A DNA stretch of 64,000 nt from a bacterium (GTDB taxonomy: Bacteria; UBA8248): positions 2,784,001 through 2,848,000 of the forward strand of contig OZ244799.1 in the NCBI GenBank assembly GCA_965219955.1, given 5' to 3'. The position numbers and the translations under genes are program-made. A model generated the notes under the pieces. It saw only the letters and a list, made by a program, of their open reading frames with translations, searched no databases and was not told the origin of the DNA. Shown piece after piece: positions 49,009 through 59,705 of the stretch (positions are counted from its first letter, which is position 1; each line of letters starts with the position of its first letter).

Positions 49009-49959
49009 TTACTTGATGCCGGCCTTGAGGTTCTTTCCGACCGCCTGGAGCAGTCTCGTGTCGAGCGGAATCGTGCCGGTGTCGATCGTGTACTTGGACT
49101 TGTCGTCCTTGTCCATCGCCACGTCGACGCCCGTGCGCACGAGCTGCTTGCCCACGGAGTCGCAGAAAGTCAGCACGGTCGCCAGCATGTTGCCGCGGTA
49201 CACTTCCTGCATCGCCTCCTCGACGCCGTTGAAGCCCGTGACGATGATCTTGCCGAGCTTGCCGCGCGCCTTGACGGCCTGCAGCGCGCCCAGGGCCATG
49301 TCGTCGTTCACGGCGACGATGGCCGAGATGTCGGGATGCGCCGTCAGGATGTCCTCAGCCTTCTTGAGTCCCTGCGCGCGGTCCCAGTTGGCCGCCCAGA
49401 CGCCGACCACCTTGATGCCCTTGTACTTGGCCAGCGTGTCCCTGGCGCCCCTTTTCCGCAGGATGCTGGACATGTTGCCCGGCACGCCTTCCATGAGCGC
49501 GACCTTGCCCTTGCCGCCCAGCTCCTCGGCGACGGCTTTGGCGACCGCGGACTGCCCGTAGTACTGATCCGGCCCGACGAAGTGCCGCGCCACCTGCTTG
49601 GCCAGATCGTCGGAATGGATGAGCACGCGGATGCCGCTTTTCTGCACTTTCTTGACCGTCTGCACCATCGCGTTGGGGTCGATGGCGCTGAAGGCGAGCA
49701 CGTGCACGCGCTTCTGGATCAAGTCGTCGATCATCTTCGTCACGCCGATCAAGTCGGTGCCCAGGGCGCCGCTCAATACCGTGAGCTTGACGTTGGGATG
49801 ATTCTTGGCCTCCGCCTCGGCGGAACGCTTGAGACACGCGAAATACGGGTTCCCCAGCGTTTCCACCACGATGCCGATCTTGATGTCCTTCGCGAACGCG
49901 GGCGACGTGAACCCGGCGAACGCCAATGCCACGATAACGATGCCAATCATGCGCTTCAT
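49009..49959 (-). CDS. Sugar ABC transporter substrate-binding protein (RbsB type)
   Basis: Signal peptide AFA; LGNPYF, ANWDR, NDDMALGA. Confidence 0.92.
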   Translation of the reverse strand: MKRMIGIVIVALAFAGFTSPAFAKDIKIGIVVETLGNPYFACLKRSAEAEAKNHPNVKLTVLSGALGTDLIGVTKMIDDLIQKRVHVLAFSAIDPNAMVQTVKKVQKSGIRVLIHSDDLAKQVARHFVGPDQYYGQSAVAKAVAEELGGKGKVALMEGVPGNMSSILRKRGARDTLAKYKGIKVVGVWAANWDRAQGLKKAEDILTAHPDISAIVAVNDDMALGALQAVKARGKLGKIIVTGFNGVEEAMQEVYRGNMLATVLTFCDSVGKQLVRTGVDVAMDKDDKSKYTIDTGTIPLDTRLLQAVGKNLKAGIK

Positions 49960-50142
49960 AGACTTTCCCTCCCCGGTTGGATCTATGGCCCAGTGTGCAA
50001 TCGTATTCTCTGAAATGTGGTGATGGGAAAATCATCACACACAGGTCTCGGCCCGTCAAGAAAGGAGACCGGCGACTGCCCGGAAGCACCGGCGTGCGAC
50101 GAAGTTTCAATCCGGAGCATCCGCCTCGATGGATTTATTTCC

Positions 50143-51276
50143 CTAAAGCAGGCTCACCACCCGCTCCAGTTCTTCTTCGGTATTGTAGAAATGCGGCGCG
50201 AAGCGAAGACCATTGTTGCGCGCGCTGGCGATGATTCTCTTCTCGCGCAGGCGCGCCGCCGCCTTGGGCGGGTCGGGCGACTCGATGCTCACGATGGCGG
50301 CGCGCTCCTCCCAGGGTCGAGGCGTCAGAATCTTCTCTCCCCGCCTCTCCAGCAGTTCCATCAAGTATGTCGTCAACCCCCGCACGCGCTCCTCGACCTG
50401 ATCGAGACCCACCCCGGCCAGGAACTCGACCGAGCGGCCGAGCACCCACAGTCCCAGGTAGTTTTGATTCCCGATCTCGAAGCGGCCGGCGTCCGGGATC
50501 AGTTCGACCTCCATCCGGGGGCGCGCTTCAGGCACCATGCTGGCGCGGGCGAAGAAAGGGGGCGTCATCCCGGGAATCAGGTCTTCGCGGCAATAGAGAA
50601 AACCCGTGCCCGGCAGGCCGAGCAATCCCTTGTGGCCGCCGCAGACCACGATGTCCGCCCCGAGGGCCGGCAGCGACGCCGAGAGTATCCCGACCCCCTG
50701 AATCGCGTCCGTCATCAAGACGACACCGCGCTCTCGGCAGGCCGCGCCCAGGGCGGGCAGGTCCACCCGGCAGCCGGTGCCGAAAGTCACGTAGGAGACC
50801 GCCACGACGCGCGTTCTCCCGTCCATCGCCTCGACGAACGCCTCCACGGGGGGATAGCCGTCCCGGCTTCGCACCCACCGCAATTCGACACCTCTATCCT
50901 CCAGGCGCTTCCAGGCGTACACCTGGTTCGGGTGGTCCATTTCCGCCTGGATGACGTTGTCCCCCGCCTTGAGATCGAGCGCCTGCGCGGCGATGTTCAT
51001 GCCCTCCGACGTATTCTTGATGAACGCGATCGTCCCCGGCGCGACGCCCAGCAGCGAAGCCAGCGAGGCGCGAACCTCCTCCACGCGGCGCTTGGAGAAG
51101 GCTTCCCGGACGCCGAGTTCGTTCATCTCCCGCAGGAAATCGGGGATGGCGTCCTGGGCGCACTGGGGAAGGGGCGCCTTGTTGGCGAGGTCGAGATAGG
51201 TCCAGTTCCGGGTGACGGGAAACGCATCCCGCAGCGCCGCAAAATCAGGAGCAACCGCCCCCTGTTGTTCGTTCAT
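50143..51276 (-). CDS. Class V PLP-dependent aminotransferase / cysteine desulfurase-like
   Basis: YLDLANKAP, NTSEG, DAIQGVG, GGHKGLLGLPG, RFEIG, RFAPHFYN. Confidence 0.9.
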   Translation of the reverse strand: MNEQQGAVAPDFAALRDAFPVTRNWTYLDLANKAPLPQCAQDAIPDFLREMNELGVREAFSKRRVEEVRASLASLLGVAPGTIAFIKNTSEGMNIAAQALDLKAGDNVIQAEMDHPNQVYAWKRLEDRGVELRWVRSRDGYPPVEAFVEAMDGRTRVVAVSYVTFGTGCRVDLPALGAACRERGVVLMTDAIQGVGILSASLPALGADIVVCGGHKGLLGLPGTGFLYCREDLIPGMTPPFFARASMVPEARPRMEVELIPDAGRFEIGNQNYLGLWVLGRSVEFLAGVGLDQVEERVRGLTTYLMELLERRGEKILTPRPWEERAAIVSIESPDPPKAAARLREKRIIASARNNGLRFAPHFYNTEEELERVVSLL

Positions 51277-51339
51277 CCGTTTTCTCCCGTTAGATAATTT
51301 GGTGAACCCTGATTCGGTGAATTATATACAATCCTGCCC

Positions 51340-52190
51340 GAAGGGGGTTATTGAAAAAGCCTTCTTGCGGCGCAATCCTCTTCTTCGTCCTGCACTGCCC
51401 GCCGCTCCGCCTCACCCTGAGTAGCGGCCCCTCGACTTCGCTCGGGGCAGGCTCCGCCGTCCCCACCACTTTCCTCACCCTGAGTAGCCGCCGAAGGCGG
51501 CGTATCGAAGGGCGAAGTTCGTGCCCCCCATCCTTCGATACGGCGCTTACGCGCCTACTCAGGATGAGGGTTTGGGGCGCTTGCCCGGGATGAGGGCGTC
51601 AAGGGGGGAGTGGTTCTTTTCACTCCCGTGAATTGGCGACGGCTCTCAAGGGGTCAAATCCAAACGATGTGGGAAAACCACCGTCATTCCGGCGAAAGCC
51701 GGAATCCATTTGCCTTTCGTTTTTATACTGTCATTTACGAACTGAACATCGAGAAATGGAAATACCGCAATATGCGCCCCCCGTCTCTTTTTGGATTCCG
51801 GCTTTCGCCGGAATGACGAACAAAGCCGAATCGCATCCGTAGGGACAGGCCTCCGTGCCTGTCCGAGGGGCCCTGCGCCCGTCCTGACGCGGGACTGCAA
51901 AACCTCCAGGCGGCAGAACCACTCCACCTCATCCCGAGTAGGCGCGCTCGCGCGCCGTATCGAGGGAGCGCCCCTTCGACAGGCTCAGGACAGGCCCTTC
52001 ACCCGACGCAAGATGAACCCGTAGGACCGCGTGTATGGGACCCCTGCACCAACACCTTGCGCGGCGATTGTAGGAGTCGCATACATGCGGCCCATGACGG
52101 GCGGCGAAAAAGGCCGGGTCGCATGTATGTGTGGGGCGGTCCCGAGGAGGAACCGCCACCTACAAACCCATTGCGTACCCCCCGGGGGCG
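51340..52190. repeat. Mosaic of palindromic intergenic repeats
   Basis: CCTCACCCTGAGTAG units 51410-51570; GTCATTCCGGCGAAAGCCGGAATCCA and its inverse 51683-51818; GTAG REPs from 51839 and 52021. Confidence 0.85.
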
Positions 52191-52193
52191 GAC

Positions 52194-53498
52194 CTATGCG
52201 TCCACGCCGCACCATTCGAGTATCAGGTGCAGCAGCCCGTCGACCGAGAGTTCCAGCTCGTCGATAAACGTGAATTCATCGGGAATGTGGCCCCGCGGGC
52301 ACTCCCCGCCGAACATGATGGTGGGCGTGCCGCCGTAGAGAACCGGGAACCGCATGTCCGTCGTCCCGTTCAGCGCCTGGCGCTGGCAGGGCCGGCCCGT
52401 GACCCGCTCGGCCACCGACAACGCCGTTTTGACGAACGGGTGTTCGGGGTCGGTAAGGCAGGGCTCCGCGCGCCTCTCCGTCCATTCCAGACGGGGCGGA
52501 TGCTCGCGAAGCCACGGGTCGGCTTGGGCGGCCCGGGCGAGGTGGTCTTCCACCAGTTGTTTCACCTCCTCGAGACCCTCTCGCGGGGCCACCCCCGCCA
52601 CGCCCTCCAGCACGCACTCGGCCGGGAGCTGGCCGATGGACACGCCCGCGCGGATCACGGTCACCACGAGGTTCACCGTGCGGGGTTCGAGCCCGCTTAT
52701 CTCGAAGCGTTTTTCCACCAGCGGCTCGCGAACCGCCTCTGCTCTTTGCGCGTCCAGCTCCCTGAGTGCTGCGTGGATATATTCGGCTTTCTCGATGGCG
52801 TTCACGAAAAGGTGCGCCGAACCCTTGTGACCGGCCTGGCCCGGCACGGTGATCCTGAAACTCACGTCGCCGCCCGAACCGATGTCCACGCCGCCGAGTC
52901 CGCCCGGCTTCATGTGCGTGTAAACGGCGCCATCCGCGCGAAGGCCACGGAGAACGCACGCCAGCATGCCCCCGCCCCCGCCTTCTTCTTCCTCGACGGT
53001 GGAGAGGAACGTCAGATCCCCCTTGAGGCGCACACCGGCGGCTTTCAACGCCTGTGCGCACGCGATCATGACGGCCAGCCCAGACTTGGCGTCTCCCGAC
53101 CCCCGCCCGTAGAGCCGGTTACCCTCCACCTCCCCTCCGAAGGGATCCTTCGTCCAGGCGCTTCCAGGGCCGGGCGGAACCGTGTCGGCATGGCAGAACA
53201 GGAGAAGCGACCTGCCGCCTCCCGCGCCCGGCATGCGGCCGATCACGTTCGGCCGCCCCGCATAACCGTTCTCCAGCGATGAGCGCGGGGCCGAGAACGC
53301 CGGATGCTCCCTCAACTCTTCCAGGTTCGCCTCGAACGCCTCCACATCGAGACCGGCACCGGCGAACCGTTGTTGCACCAGGGTCTGGACCGCCGTTTCC
53401 TCCCCCGTGGGGCTGGGGATCCGGACGAGTTCCTGAAGCAGGGCGGCCACGTCCATTCGCCGGGCCTGCGAAATCACCTTTTCGAGAGCGTCATCCAT
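52194..53498 (-). CDS. M20-family metallohydrolase (ArgE/DapE-like)
   Basis: CHADTVP, LYGRGSGDAKSG, VEEE, GTTDM, GHIPDE. Confidence 0.92.
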   Translation of the reverse strand: MDDALEKVISQARRMDVAALLQELVRIPSPTGEETAVQTLVQQRFAGAGLDVEAFEANLEELREHPAFSAPRSSLENGYAGRPNVIGRMPGAGGGRSLLLFCHADTVPPGPGSAWTKDPFGGEVEGNRLYGRGSGDAKSGLAVMIACAQALKAAGVRLKGDLTFLSTVEEEEGGGGGMLACVLRGLRADGAVYTHMKPGGLGGVDIGSGGDVSFRITVPGQAGHKGSAHLFVNAIEKAEYIHAALRELDAQRAEAVREPLVEKRFEISGLEPRTVNLVVTVIRAGVSIGQLPAECVLEGVAGVAPREGLEEVKQLVEDHLARAAQADPWLREHPPRLEWTERRAEPCLTDPEHPFVKTALSVAERVTGRPCQRQALNGTTDMRFPVLYGGTPTIMFGGECPRGHIPDEFTFIDELELSVDGLLHLILEWCGVDA

Positions 53499-53577
53499 GA
53501 AAAACCCTCCGCCTTTTTACATCTGCGGGTTGAATTCAAAATTCCCTCTCCAAAACCACTCCCTGGTGCCTGGGTTT

Positions 53578-53880
53578 TCTCACTCCCCTTTTGAGGGGGC
53601 TGTTGAAAAAGCCCCCCGAGGAGGGAGGGAATCCCGAGCATCGAATTGTTTACCGTAGGGACAGGCCTCCGTGCCTGTCCTGACGAAGGACAACCACGGA
53701 GGGTTGTCCCTACAAAACCATCGTAACCCCACCGCTTGAGGGGACTTTTCAACAATCCCTCAAGGGGGGAGTGATTCTGGTATGCTCCATGGTGGGAATA
53801 CCCCCCAAGTAGAATGATAGACACTTTTCCCTGGTCGGTTTTGATCGCCGTTATTCCGGCGCATGCCGGAATCCAGAGCT
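53578..53880. repeat. Mosaic of palindromic intergenic repeats
   Basis: CACTCCCC..GAGGG / CCCTCAAGGGGGGAGTG arms enclosing TGTTGAAAAA / TTTTCAACA and a paired GTAG REP 53655-53713. Confidence 0.8.
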
Positions 53881-53942
53881 CGGTATCCCAGTGCTGAGTC
53901 ATATATATAATCCCCAAAAGAAAGGCCCGGCAGCTAAGTGTA

Positions 53943-54965
53943 TCAATCGGCCGCGGCGTCGACGCCGACGTCGCCTGCGAAATGACAGGCCACCGTATGG
54001 CCGGGCCGGAGCTCCTGCAGCACCGGCTTCTCTTCCACGCAGCGCTTCTCGCTGTAGGGACACCGCGTATGGAAGCGGCACCCCGTCGGCGGGTCGAGGG
54101 CGGAGGGAACCTCTCCCTCGAGGATGATGCGCCGCCGCTTCCTGGCCTTCACCGGGTCCGCCACCGGCGTGGCCGAGAGCAGCGCCTGCGTGTAGGGGTG
54201 CAGGGGGGTCGTGAAGAGCGACTCCACCGCCGCAAGCTCCACGATCTCGCCCAAATACATGACCCCCACCCTGTCGCAGACCGAGCGTACTACGCCTAAG
54301 TCGTGCGTGATGAAGAGGTAGGAGAGATCATGCTGCGCCTGAAGAGCTTTCAGGAGGTTCAGGATTTGGGCGCGGATGGAGATGTCGAGCGAGGAGACCG
54401 GCTCGTCTGCGATCACCAGCCGGGGCTTCAGCGTGAGCGCCCGCGCGATGCCGATACGCTGGCGCTGGCCGCCGCTGAGCTGGTGGGGGTAGCGGTCCAT
54501 GAAGATTTCGCCCGGCTCCATGCCCACCTGGTTCAGGAGCCCGACGACGGTCTCGTCGATCTCCCCTTTCCCGGCCGCGTCATGATTGAGGAGGGGCTGG
54601 CGCAGGATGGCCCGCACGGTGCGCCTGGGATTCAGGGATTCGAAGGGGTCCTGAAAGATCATCTGCACGTCGCGGTTGTACTGCTTGAGGGCGGGCCCGC
54701 TCAGTTCCGCGACCTCTTTCTGGTCGAAGAGGATGCTCCCGTCATCGGGTTTTTCCAGTTTCGCCAGCAGGCGCGCCGTCGTCGTTTTCCCGCAGCCGCT
54801 CTCACCCACCAGGGCGAACGATTCGCCGGCGCTGACCGAGAAGCTGATGTCGTCCACGGCGTGCACGTGGCGGGGAGGCCTGAGCCATCCCCCGTCGACG
54901 GGGAAGTGCTTCGTCAGCCTTTGCACTTGGAGGAGTGAATGATTCATCGCGGCGGACTCACTCAT
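53943..54965 (-). CDS. Peptide/nickel ABC transporter ATP-binding protein (OppF type)
   Basis: GESGCGKTT, LSGGQRQR, ADEPVSSLD, HPYT, GCRFHTRC. Confidence 0.95.
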   Translation of the reverse strand: MSESAAMNHSLLQVQRLTKHFPVDGGWLRPPRHVHAVDDISFSVSAGESFALVGESGCGKTTTARLLAKLEKPDDGSILFDQKEVAELSGPALKQYNRDVQMIFQDPFESLNPRRTVRAILRQPLLNHDAAGKGEIDETVVGLLNQVGMEPGEIFMDRYPHQLSGGQRQRIGIARALTLKPRLVIADEPVSSLDISIRAQILNLLKALQAQHDLSYLFITHDLGVVRSVCDRVGVMYLGEIVELAAVESLFTTPLHPYTQALLSATPVADPVKARKRRRIILEGEVPSALDPPTGCRFHTRCPYSEKRCVEEKPVLQELRPGHTVACHFAGDVGVDAAAD

Positions 54966-55941
54966 AAAGCCAGCAAGCCACCATCCGTCCCTCCCCCAGA
55001 TCCAGGGATGGCGGCGACTCCTCGCGGCAGATGTCTTTGACGTGGGGGCAACGCGGGTGGAAGCGGCAGCCCGAGGGCATGTCCGTCGGGTTCGGCACCT
55101 GCCCCTCGATGGTCTCGAATACCTCGACCCGCTTGTCGGGGCTGAGCGTCGAGCGCAGGAGGCCCTCCGTATAGGGATGCTTCGGTTCGGCGAACAGGGT
55201 GAAGGTGTCGGCGTGCTCCACGATCTGGCCCGCGTACATGATGTAGATCCGGTCGCAATGCTCCGCCACCAGGCCGATATCGTGGGTGATCAGGAACAGG
55301 GCGTTCTGGAGTTCCTCGCGGAGGTGGGCGAGCAGGTCCATGATCTGCGCCTGAATGGTCACGTCCAGCGCCGTGGTGGGCTCATCGGCGATGAGCAGGG
55401 ACGGGCGGCACGAGATGGCCATGGCGATGAGCACCCGCTGGCGCATGCCGCCGCTCAACTGATGGGGGTAGCTGTCATACACCCTCTGAGGCGACGGGAT
55501 GCCGACGCGCTCGAACGCGTCGAGCACCTGCGAGCGGGCCTCCCCCTTCGAGACGTCCTGGTGTTCCAGCACCACTTCCGCCACCTGGGCGCCCGCCCGC
55601 ATGACGGGGTTCAGATACGTCATGGGGTCCTGGAAGACCATGGCGATTTCCGTCCCGCGCAGGTCGCACATGCCCGCCGTGTCCAGCGTCAGAAGATCCA
55701 CGTCGTTCAGCAGTATTTCGCCCGAGAGGATGCGGGCCACGACCGGCTGGAGCCGGATGATGGTGAGCGCCGTCATGGATTTCCCCGAACCCGACTCGCC
55801 GACCAGCGCAACGGCTTCCTTGCGGTTCACTTCCAGCGAGACGCCGTCTACGGCCTTGATCACGCCGGAGGGGACGTCGAGATAGGTCCTGAGGTCCGAG
55901 ACCCGCAGGAGGCCGTTTCGGTTTTCAGCGGTCGCGTTCAT
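54958..55941 (-). CDS. Peptide/nickel ABC transporter ATP-binding protein (OppD type)
   Basis: [31 protein letters not shown]; ATG 55941 overlaps upstream stop. Confidence 0.95.
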   Translation of the reverse strand: MNATAENRNGLLRVSDLRTYLDVPSGVIKAVDGVSLEVNRKEAVALVGESGSGKSMTALTIIRLQPVVARILSGEILLNDVDLLTLDTAGMCDLRGTEIAMVFQDPMTYLNPVMRAGAQVAEVVLEHQDVSKGEARSQVLDAFERVGIPSPQRVYDSYPHQLSGGMRQRVLIAMAISCRPSLLIADEPTTALDVTIQAQIMDLLAHLREELQNALFLITHDIGLVAEHCDRIYIMYAGQIVEHADTFTLFAEPKHPYTEGLLRSTLSPDKRVEVFETIEGQVPNPTDMPSGCRFHPRCPHVKDICREESPPSLDLGEGRMVACWLYE

Positions 55942-56837
55942 AGGCCGGTCCGGTGAATCTCGGAGGAGCGGGGGTTGAGCACGTCGTTCAGGCCGTCTCC
56001 CAGCAGGTTGAGCGTCAGGACGGAGAGAAAAATGCCCAGACCGGGATACACGGCCATCCACCACGCCTGGCGCAGAAAGGGCTGGGCCTCATACAGCATC
56101 CGCCCCCAGGTGACCAGGCTGGGGTCTCCCAGGCCCAGATAGCTCAAGCCCGCTTCGAGCAGCATCGCCTGCGCGGTCAGCAGCGAGGCGTTCACGACCA
56201 CGACACCGATGGCGTTCGGCAGAATCTCGCGGAAAATGATCGTCGAGCGCTTCGTGCCGATCACGTGCGCGGCGTCCACGAACTGCCGCGTGCGCAGGGT
56301 CAGGAACTCCGAGCGGACGAGGCGGGCCGTCACCGGCCACGTCAGGATGGATATGGCCAGGATGATGTTCCAGATGTTCGCCCCGAAGAAGGCCACGATG
56401 ATAAGAGCCAGGAAAAAGCGCGGAATCACCATGAAGGTCTCGGTGAGCCGCATCAGGATGTCGTCCACCCAACCGCCCAGGTAGCCTGAGATCGTGCCCA
56501 CGAGAAGGCCCAGGAACGTCGTGGCGAAGGCCGCCGAGAAACCGACGAATATCGAGACCCGCCCGCCCCACAGGATGCGGCTGAAAACGTCGCGGCCGAG
56601 GTTGTCTACGCCCATGATGTTGCGGAAGCTATGCCCGCCCAGCCTCGAGCCCGAACCCAGCGCGTAAGGGTCATAGGGCGCCAGGACGGGCGCAAGCAAT
56701 ACGAGCAGAACCAGCACCAGAAGAATGGACCCCGCGATGGGCACCGCGCGGTTCTGGCTGAACGCTCCCCAGACGGCTCTCCACTGGAGCCCTCTGTTCG
56801 AGCTTCGATGATCGATTGTATCCGCCGATGTCGTCAC
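55938..56837 (-). CDS. Peptide ABC transporter permease (OppC type)
   Basis: GVDNLGRDVFSR, ARLVRS, EILPN, EAGLSYLGLG, NLLGDGL. Confidence 0.95.
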   Translation of the reverse strand: MTTSADTIDHRSSNRGLQWRAVWGAFSQNRAVPIAGSILLVLVLLVLLAPVLAPYDPYALGSGSRLGGHSFRNIMGVDNLGRDVFSRILWGGRVSIFVGFSAAFATTFLGLLVGTISGYLGGWVDDILMRLTETFMVIPRFFLALIIVAFFGANIWNIILAISILTWPVTARLVRSEFLTLRTRQFVDAAHVIGTKRSTIIFREILPNAIGVVVVNASLLTAQAMLLEAGLSYLGLGDPSLVTWGRMLYEAQPFLRQAWWMAVYPGLGIFLSVLTLNLLGDGLNDVLNPRSSEIHRTGL

Positions 56838-56849
56838 GAGCCTGAGTTC

Positions 56850-57833
56850 CTAGTTATACGCCACGCGCGGGTCGATCAGGGCGTAGAGAATGTCCGTGAT
56901 GAGGTTCGCCAGCATGATCATCATCGAGACGACGAGGAAGATCCCCAGAATCATCGGGTAGTCCCGCGCGGTGATGGATTCGAAGATCAGCCTGCCCATG
57001 CCCGGCCACCCGAACACGGTCTCGGTGAACACCGAGCCCGCCATGACGTAGGCGAAATTGATGCCGATCACGGTGACCACCGGGAGCAGCGCATTGCGCA
57101 GGGCGTGCCGGTAGAGCACGCGGCGTTCGTTCAACCCCTTGGATTTCGCGGTCAGGATGAAGTCCTGCGCGAGCGTCTCCTGCATCTTGCCCCGCGTGAT
57201 CCGGAACACGAGGGTCATGTGGTAGGTGGCGTAGGTGATCGCGGGAAGGAGCAGGTGCTTCAGGACGTCCAGGACCGCGGGCCAGCCGGGTTCCACCCCG
57301 CGCATCGAATACATGCCCTGGCTCGGCAGCCAGTCCAGATAAAGGGCGAAAAAGAGTATGAGAAGCTGGCCCAGCCAGAAAATGGGCATCGAATAGCCGG
57401 CGAGCGAAGCCAGGGTCGCCAGGTGGTCGCCCACCGAATAGGAATAGCGCGATGCGATGACGCCGAGAACCACCCCCATGAGGCTGGCGATGGAGAAGGC
57501 CGTCGCCATCAGGAGCATGGTCGCGGGCAGACGATCGATGATGACGCCGAGCACGGGGGAGTTGTGCCAGGTGGAATAGCCCAGGTCCAGATGAAGAAGC
57601 TTCCAGAGGTAAATCCCCATCTGGACGTAAAGGGGCTTGTCCAGGCCGAACTCCTTGCGCAGTTCCGCATAGGCCTCCGGCGTGGCCTCTGTGACGCTGG
57701 CCAGGTAGATGGCCGGATCGCCCGGAGCGAGATGTATGATGGTGAAGTTGATGATGATGACCCAGAAAACGAGAGGGACGGCCTGGAGGATTCGCCTTAC
57801 GCTGTAACGCAGAAGCGGATAATCGCCTGCCAT
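56850..57833 (-). CDS. Peptide ABC transporter permease (OppB type)
   Basis: LAPGDP, FGLDKP, TAKSKGL, HALRNA, ETVFGWPGMG, IDPRV. Confidence 0.95.
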   Translation of the reverse strand: MAGDYPLLRYSVRRILQAVPLVFWVIIINFTIIHLAPGDPAIYLASVTEATPEAYAELRKEFGLDKPLYVQMGIYLWKLLHLDLGYSTWHNSPVLGVIIDRLPATMLLMATAFSIASLMGVVLGVIASRYSYSVGDHLATLASLAGYSMPIFWLGQLLILFFALYLDWLPSQGMYSMRGVEPGWPAVLDVLKHLLLPAITYATYHMTLVFRITRGKMQETLAQDFILTAKSKGLNERRVLYRHALRNALLPVVTVIGINFAYVMAGSVFTETVFGWPGMGRLIFESITARDYPMILGIFLVVSMMIMLANLITDILYALIDPRVAYN

Positions 57834-57867
57834 GGATCGCCCCTCGGTGAGACGTCAGGAAACCCGC

Positions 57868-57893
57868 GGGGCCCCGCCCGGAGACGGGGCCCC
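57868..57893. promoter_or_regulatory. GC-rich stem-loop between binding-protein and permease genes
   Basis: GGGGCCCCG-N8-CGGGGCCCC; typical mRNA-stabilising or attenuating hairpin position. Confidence 0.55.
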
Positions 57894-57917
57894 TGAAACA
57901 CGATTCGAATACCGGGA

Positions 57918-59534
57918 CTACTTCTGGTAAGCGTCCTCCCGAGTGCAATACGCGCAGTAGGGACGCGTGACCACGTCCGCCCATTTCGCCGAATGCGTGT
58001 GGACGAAGGGCGTCTCGAACAGCGGGATCACGGGCGCGTCGGCCGCGACCATATCGACGATCTGACGCCACGCGGCGCCCCGCTTCTTCACGTCGGGGAT
58101 CTGCCATTCGGCGTCGAGGAGACGCTGAACGCCGACGTTGATGTAGGACGGCGCGTTGTTGAAGTTCGCCGAGCCGATGTTGTTCCTGTCATAGACCCGC
58201 GTCACGCTGATCTTGGGGTCGGGCCCGGTGGTGAAGAACTGCATCATGATGTCGAAATCATGATTGATGTACACCTTCTTCAGCGTCGCCGCCCGGTCGA
58301 AGGACTCGATCTTGATGTCGATGCCGACCTTCTTGAGCTGCTGCTTGATTACCTCGGCCGCCAGTCCCTCGAAGCCGCGGCCCTTGGCCCAGGTTACCGT
58401 GAGGCTGAAGCGCTTGCCTCCCTTCATCGGGTAGCCCGCCTCGTCGAGCAGCCTGTTCGCCATCTTCAGGTCCTGCTTGTACTGGGCGAAGCTGCCCTTG
58501 TGCGCCCACTTCATGGCCGAGTGCATGATGCCGTTCGCCACTTTCGCGGTGCCCCCGGTAGCCAGCTGGCTGATCTGGTTCTTGTCCAGCGCATACGCGA
58601 TCGCCTGGCGAACCTTCGCGTTCCCGGTGATGGGCCGCCGCATGTTCAGGAGCATGAACTCGACCTGACCCGTCGCTTCTCCCCCCTTGTCGAGGACGAC
58701 GAGTTTCGGGTTCTTCTTGAGGCGTGCGGCCTGATCCCAGGGGATGAGGGCCGCGCGGAGATAGTCTATCTCCCCTTTCTCCAGGGCGATGAGCCGGGTG
58801 TTGGCGTCCGAGACGAACCGGATGACCAGCTCATCCGCGTAGGGCTTGGGCGCGTTCCAGTAATTCGGGTTGCGCACGAGCCGGACGTGGCTGCCCTTCT
58901 TGTACTCCTTGAGCATGAAGGGCCCGGTTCCGACGGGTTTCTTGCTATACGGAGCGTTCAGGAACGCCTTGCGGCTGCCCACGTGATCCTTCCACAGATG
59001 CTTGGGATAGATGGCGGGGCCGCCGAAGATCACGCCCATCACGGTGAGCAGGGGGGCGAAAGGCTTCTTGAGGCGGACGACGATGGTGTACTTGTCCGGC
59101 GCCTCCACCTTCTCCGCCACCGGCTTCCAGAACACGCGCGAGCGCGGGTTGTACGGCAGGCACTTCTCGAGCGAGAACTTCACGTCTTCGCTCGTCATCT
59201 CCTTGCCGTCGTGGAACTTCACGCCCTTCCGGAGGTGGAAGACGAGCGTCTTCCCGCCGTCCTTGACCTCCCAGGATTTCGCCAGCTCCGGCTTCGGGTT
59301 GAGTGCGAAATCGAGCGTGATCAGCTTGTTGTAGATGTTCACGGCCGGCACCTGGACCGTCGTGCCCGGTTTGACGATCAGGTTGAAGTGCCCCGGATCG
59401 GCTTCCAGGCCAATGACCAGCGTGCCTCCCCGCTTCTGGGCCCATGCGGACCCTTGAACCTGGCCGAATACAAGCACCGCCGCGAGAATAAAGAAAACAG
59501 CGACTCTTCCGAACCGGATCTTATGCCGTTCCAT
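57918..59534 (-). CDS. Peptide ABC transporter substrate-binding protein (family 5)
   Basis: GGAGGG RBS, ATG 59534, signal peptide AWA; PELAKSWE, LRKGVKFHDG, PVGTGPF, VRQAIAYALD. Confidence 0.95.
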   Translation of the reverse strand: MERHKIRFGRVAVFFILAAVLVFGQVQGSAWAQKRGGTLVIGLEADPGHFNLIVKPGTTVQVPAVNIYNKLITLDFALNPKPELAKSWEVKDGGKTLVFHLRKGVKFHDGKEMTSEDVKFSLEKCLPYNPRSRVFWKPVAEKVEAPDKYTIVVRLKKPFAPLLTVMGVIFGGPAIYPKHLWKDHVGSRKAFLNAPYSKKPVGTGPFMLKEYKKGSHVRLVRNPNYWNAPKPYADELVIRFVSDANTRLIALEKGEIDYLRAALIPWDQAARLKKNPKLVVLDKGGEATGQVEFMLLNMRRPITGNAKVRQAIAYALDKNQISQLATGGTAKVANGIMHSAMKWAHKGSFAQYKQDLKMANRLLDEAGYPMKGGKRFSLTVTWAKGRGFEGLAAEVIKQQLKKVGIDIKIESFDRAATLKKVYINHDFDIMMQFFTTGPDPKISVTRVYDRNNIGSANFNNAPSYINVGVQRLLDAEWQIPDVKKRGAAWRQIVDMVAADAPVIPLFETPFVHTHSAKWADVVTRPYCAYCTREDAYQK

Positions 59535-59705
59535 TGCTCTTCCCTCCAAAATGATGGGTTGCCACGAACACTCCCGCATGGATCGGGACTTCGTGCCGCA
59601 ATGTCCTATCACCTCCGGGGTTGAACCCCCGCCATGAGTCCAGGGATCAGCAACCGGGGGCGATGCAGCGTTGAATCCGTTCTCCTCTCGAGTTCGACTC
59701 AAGTT

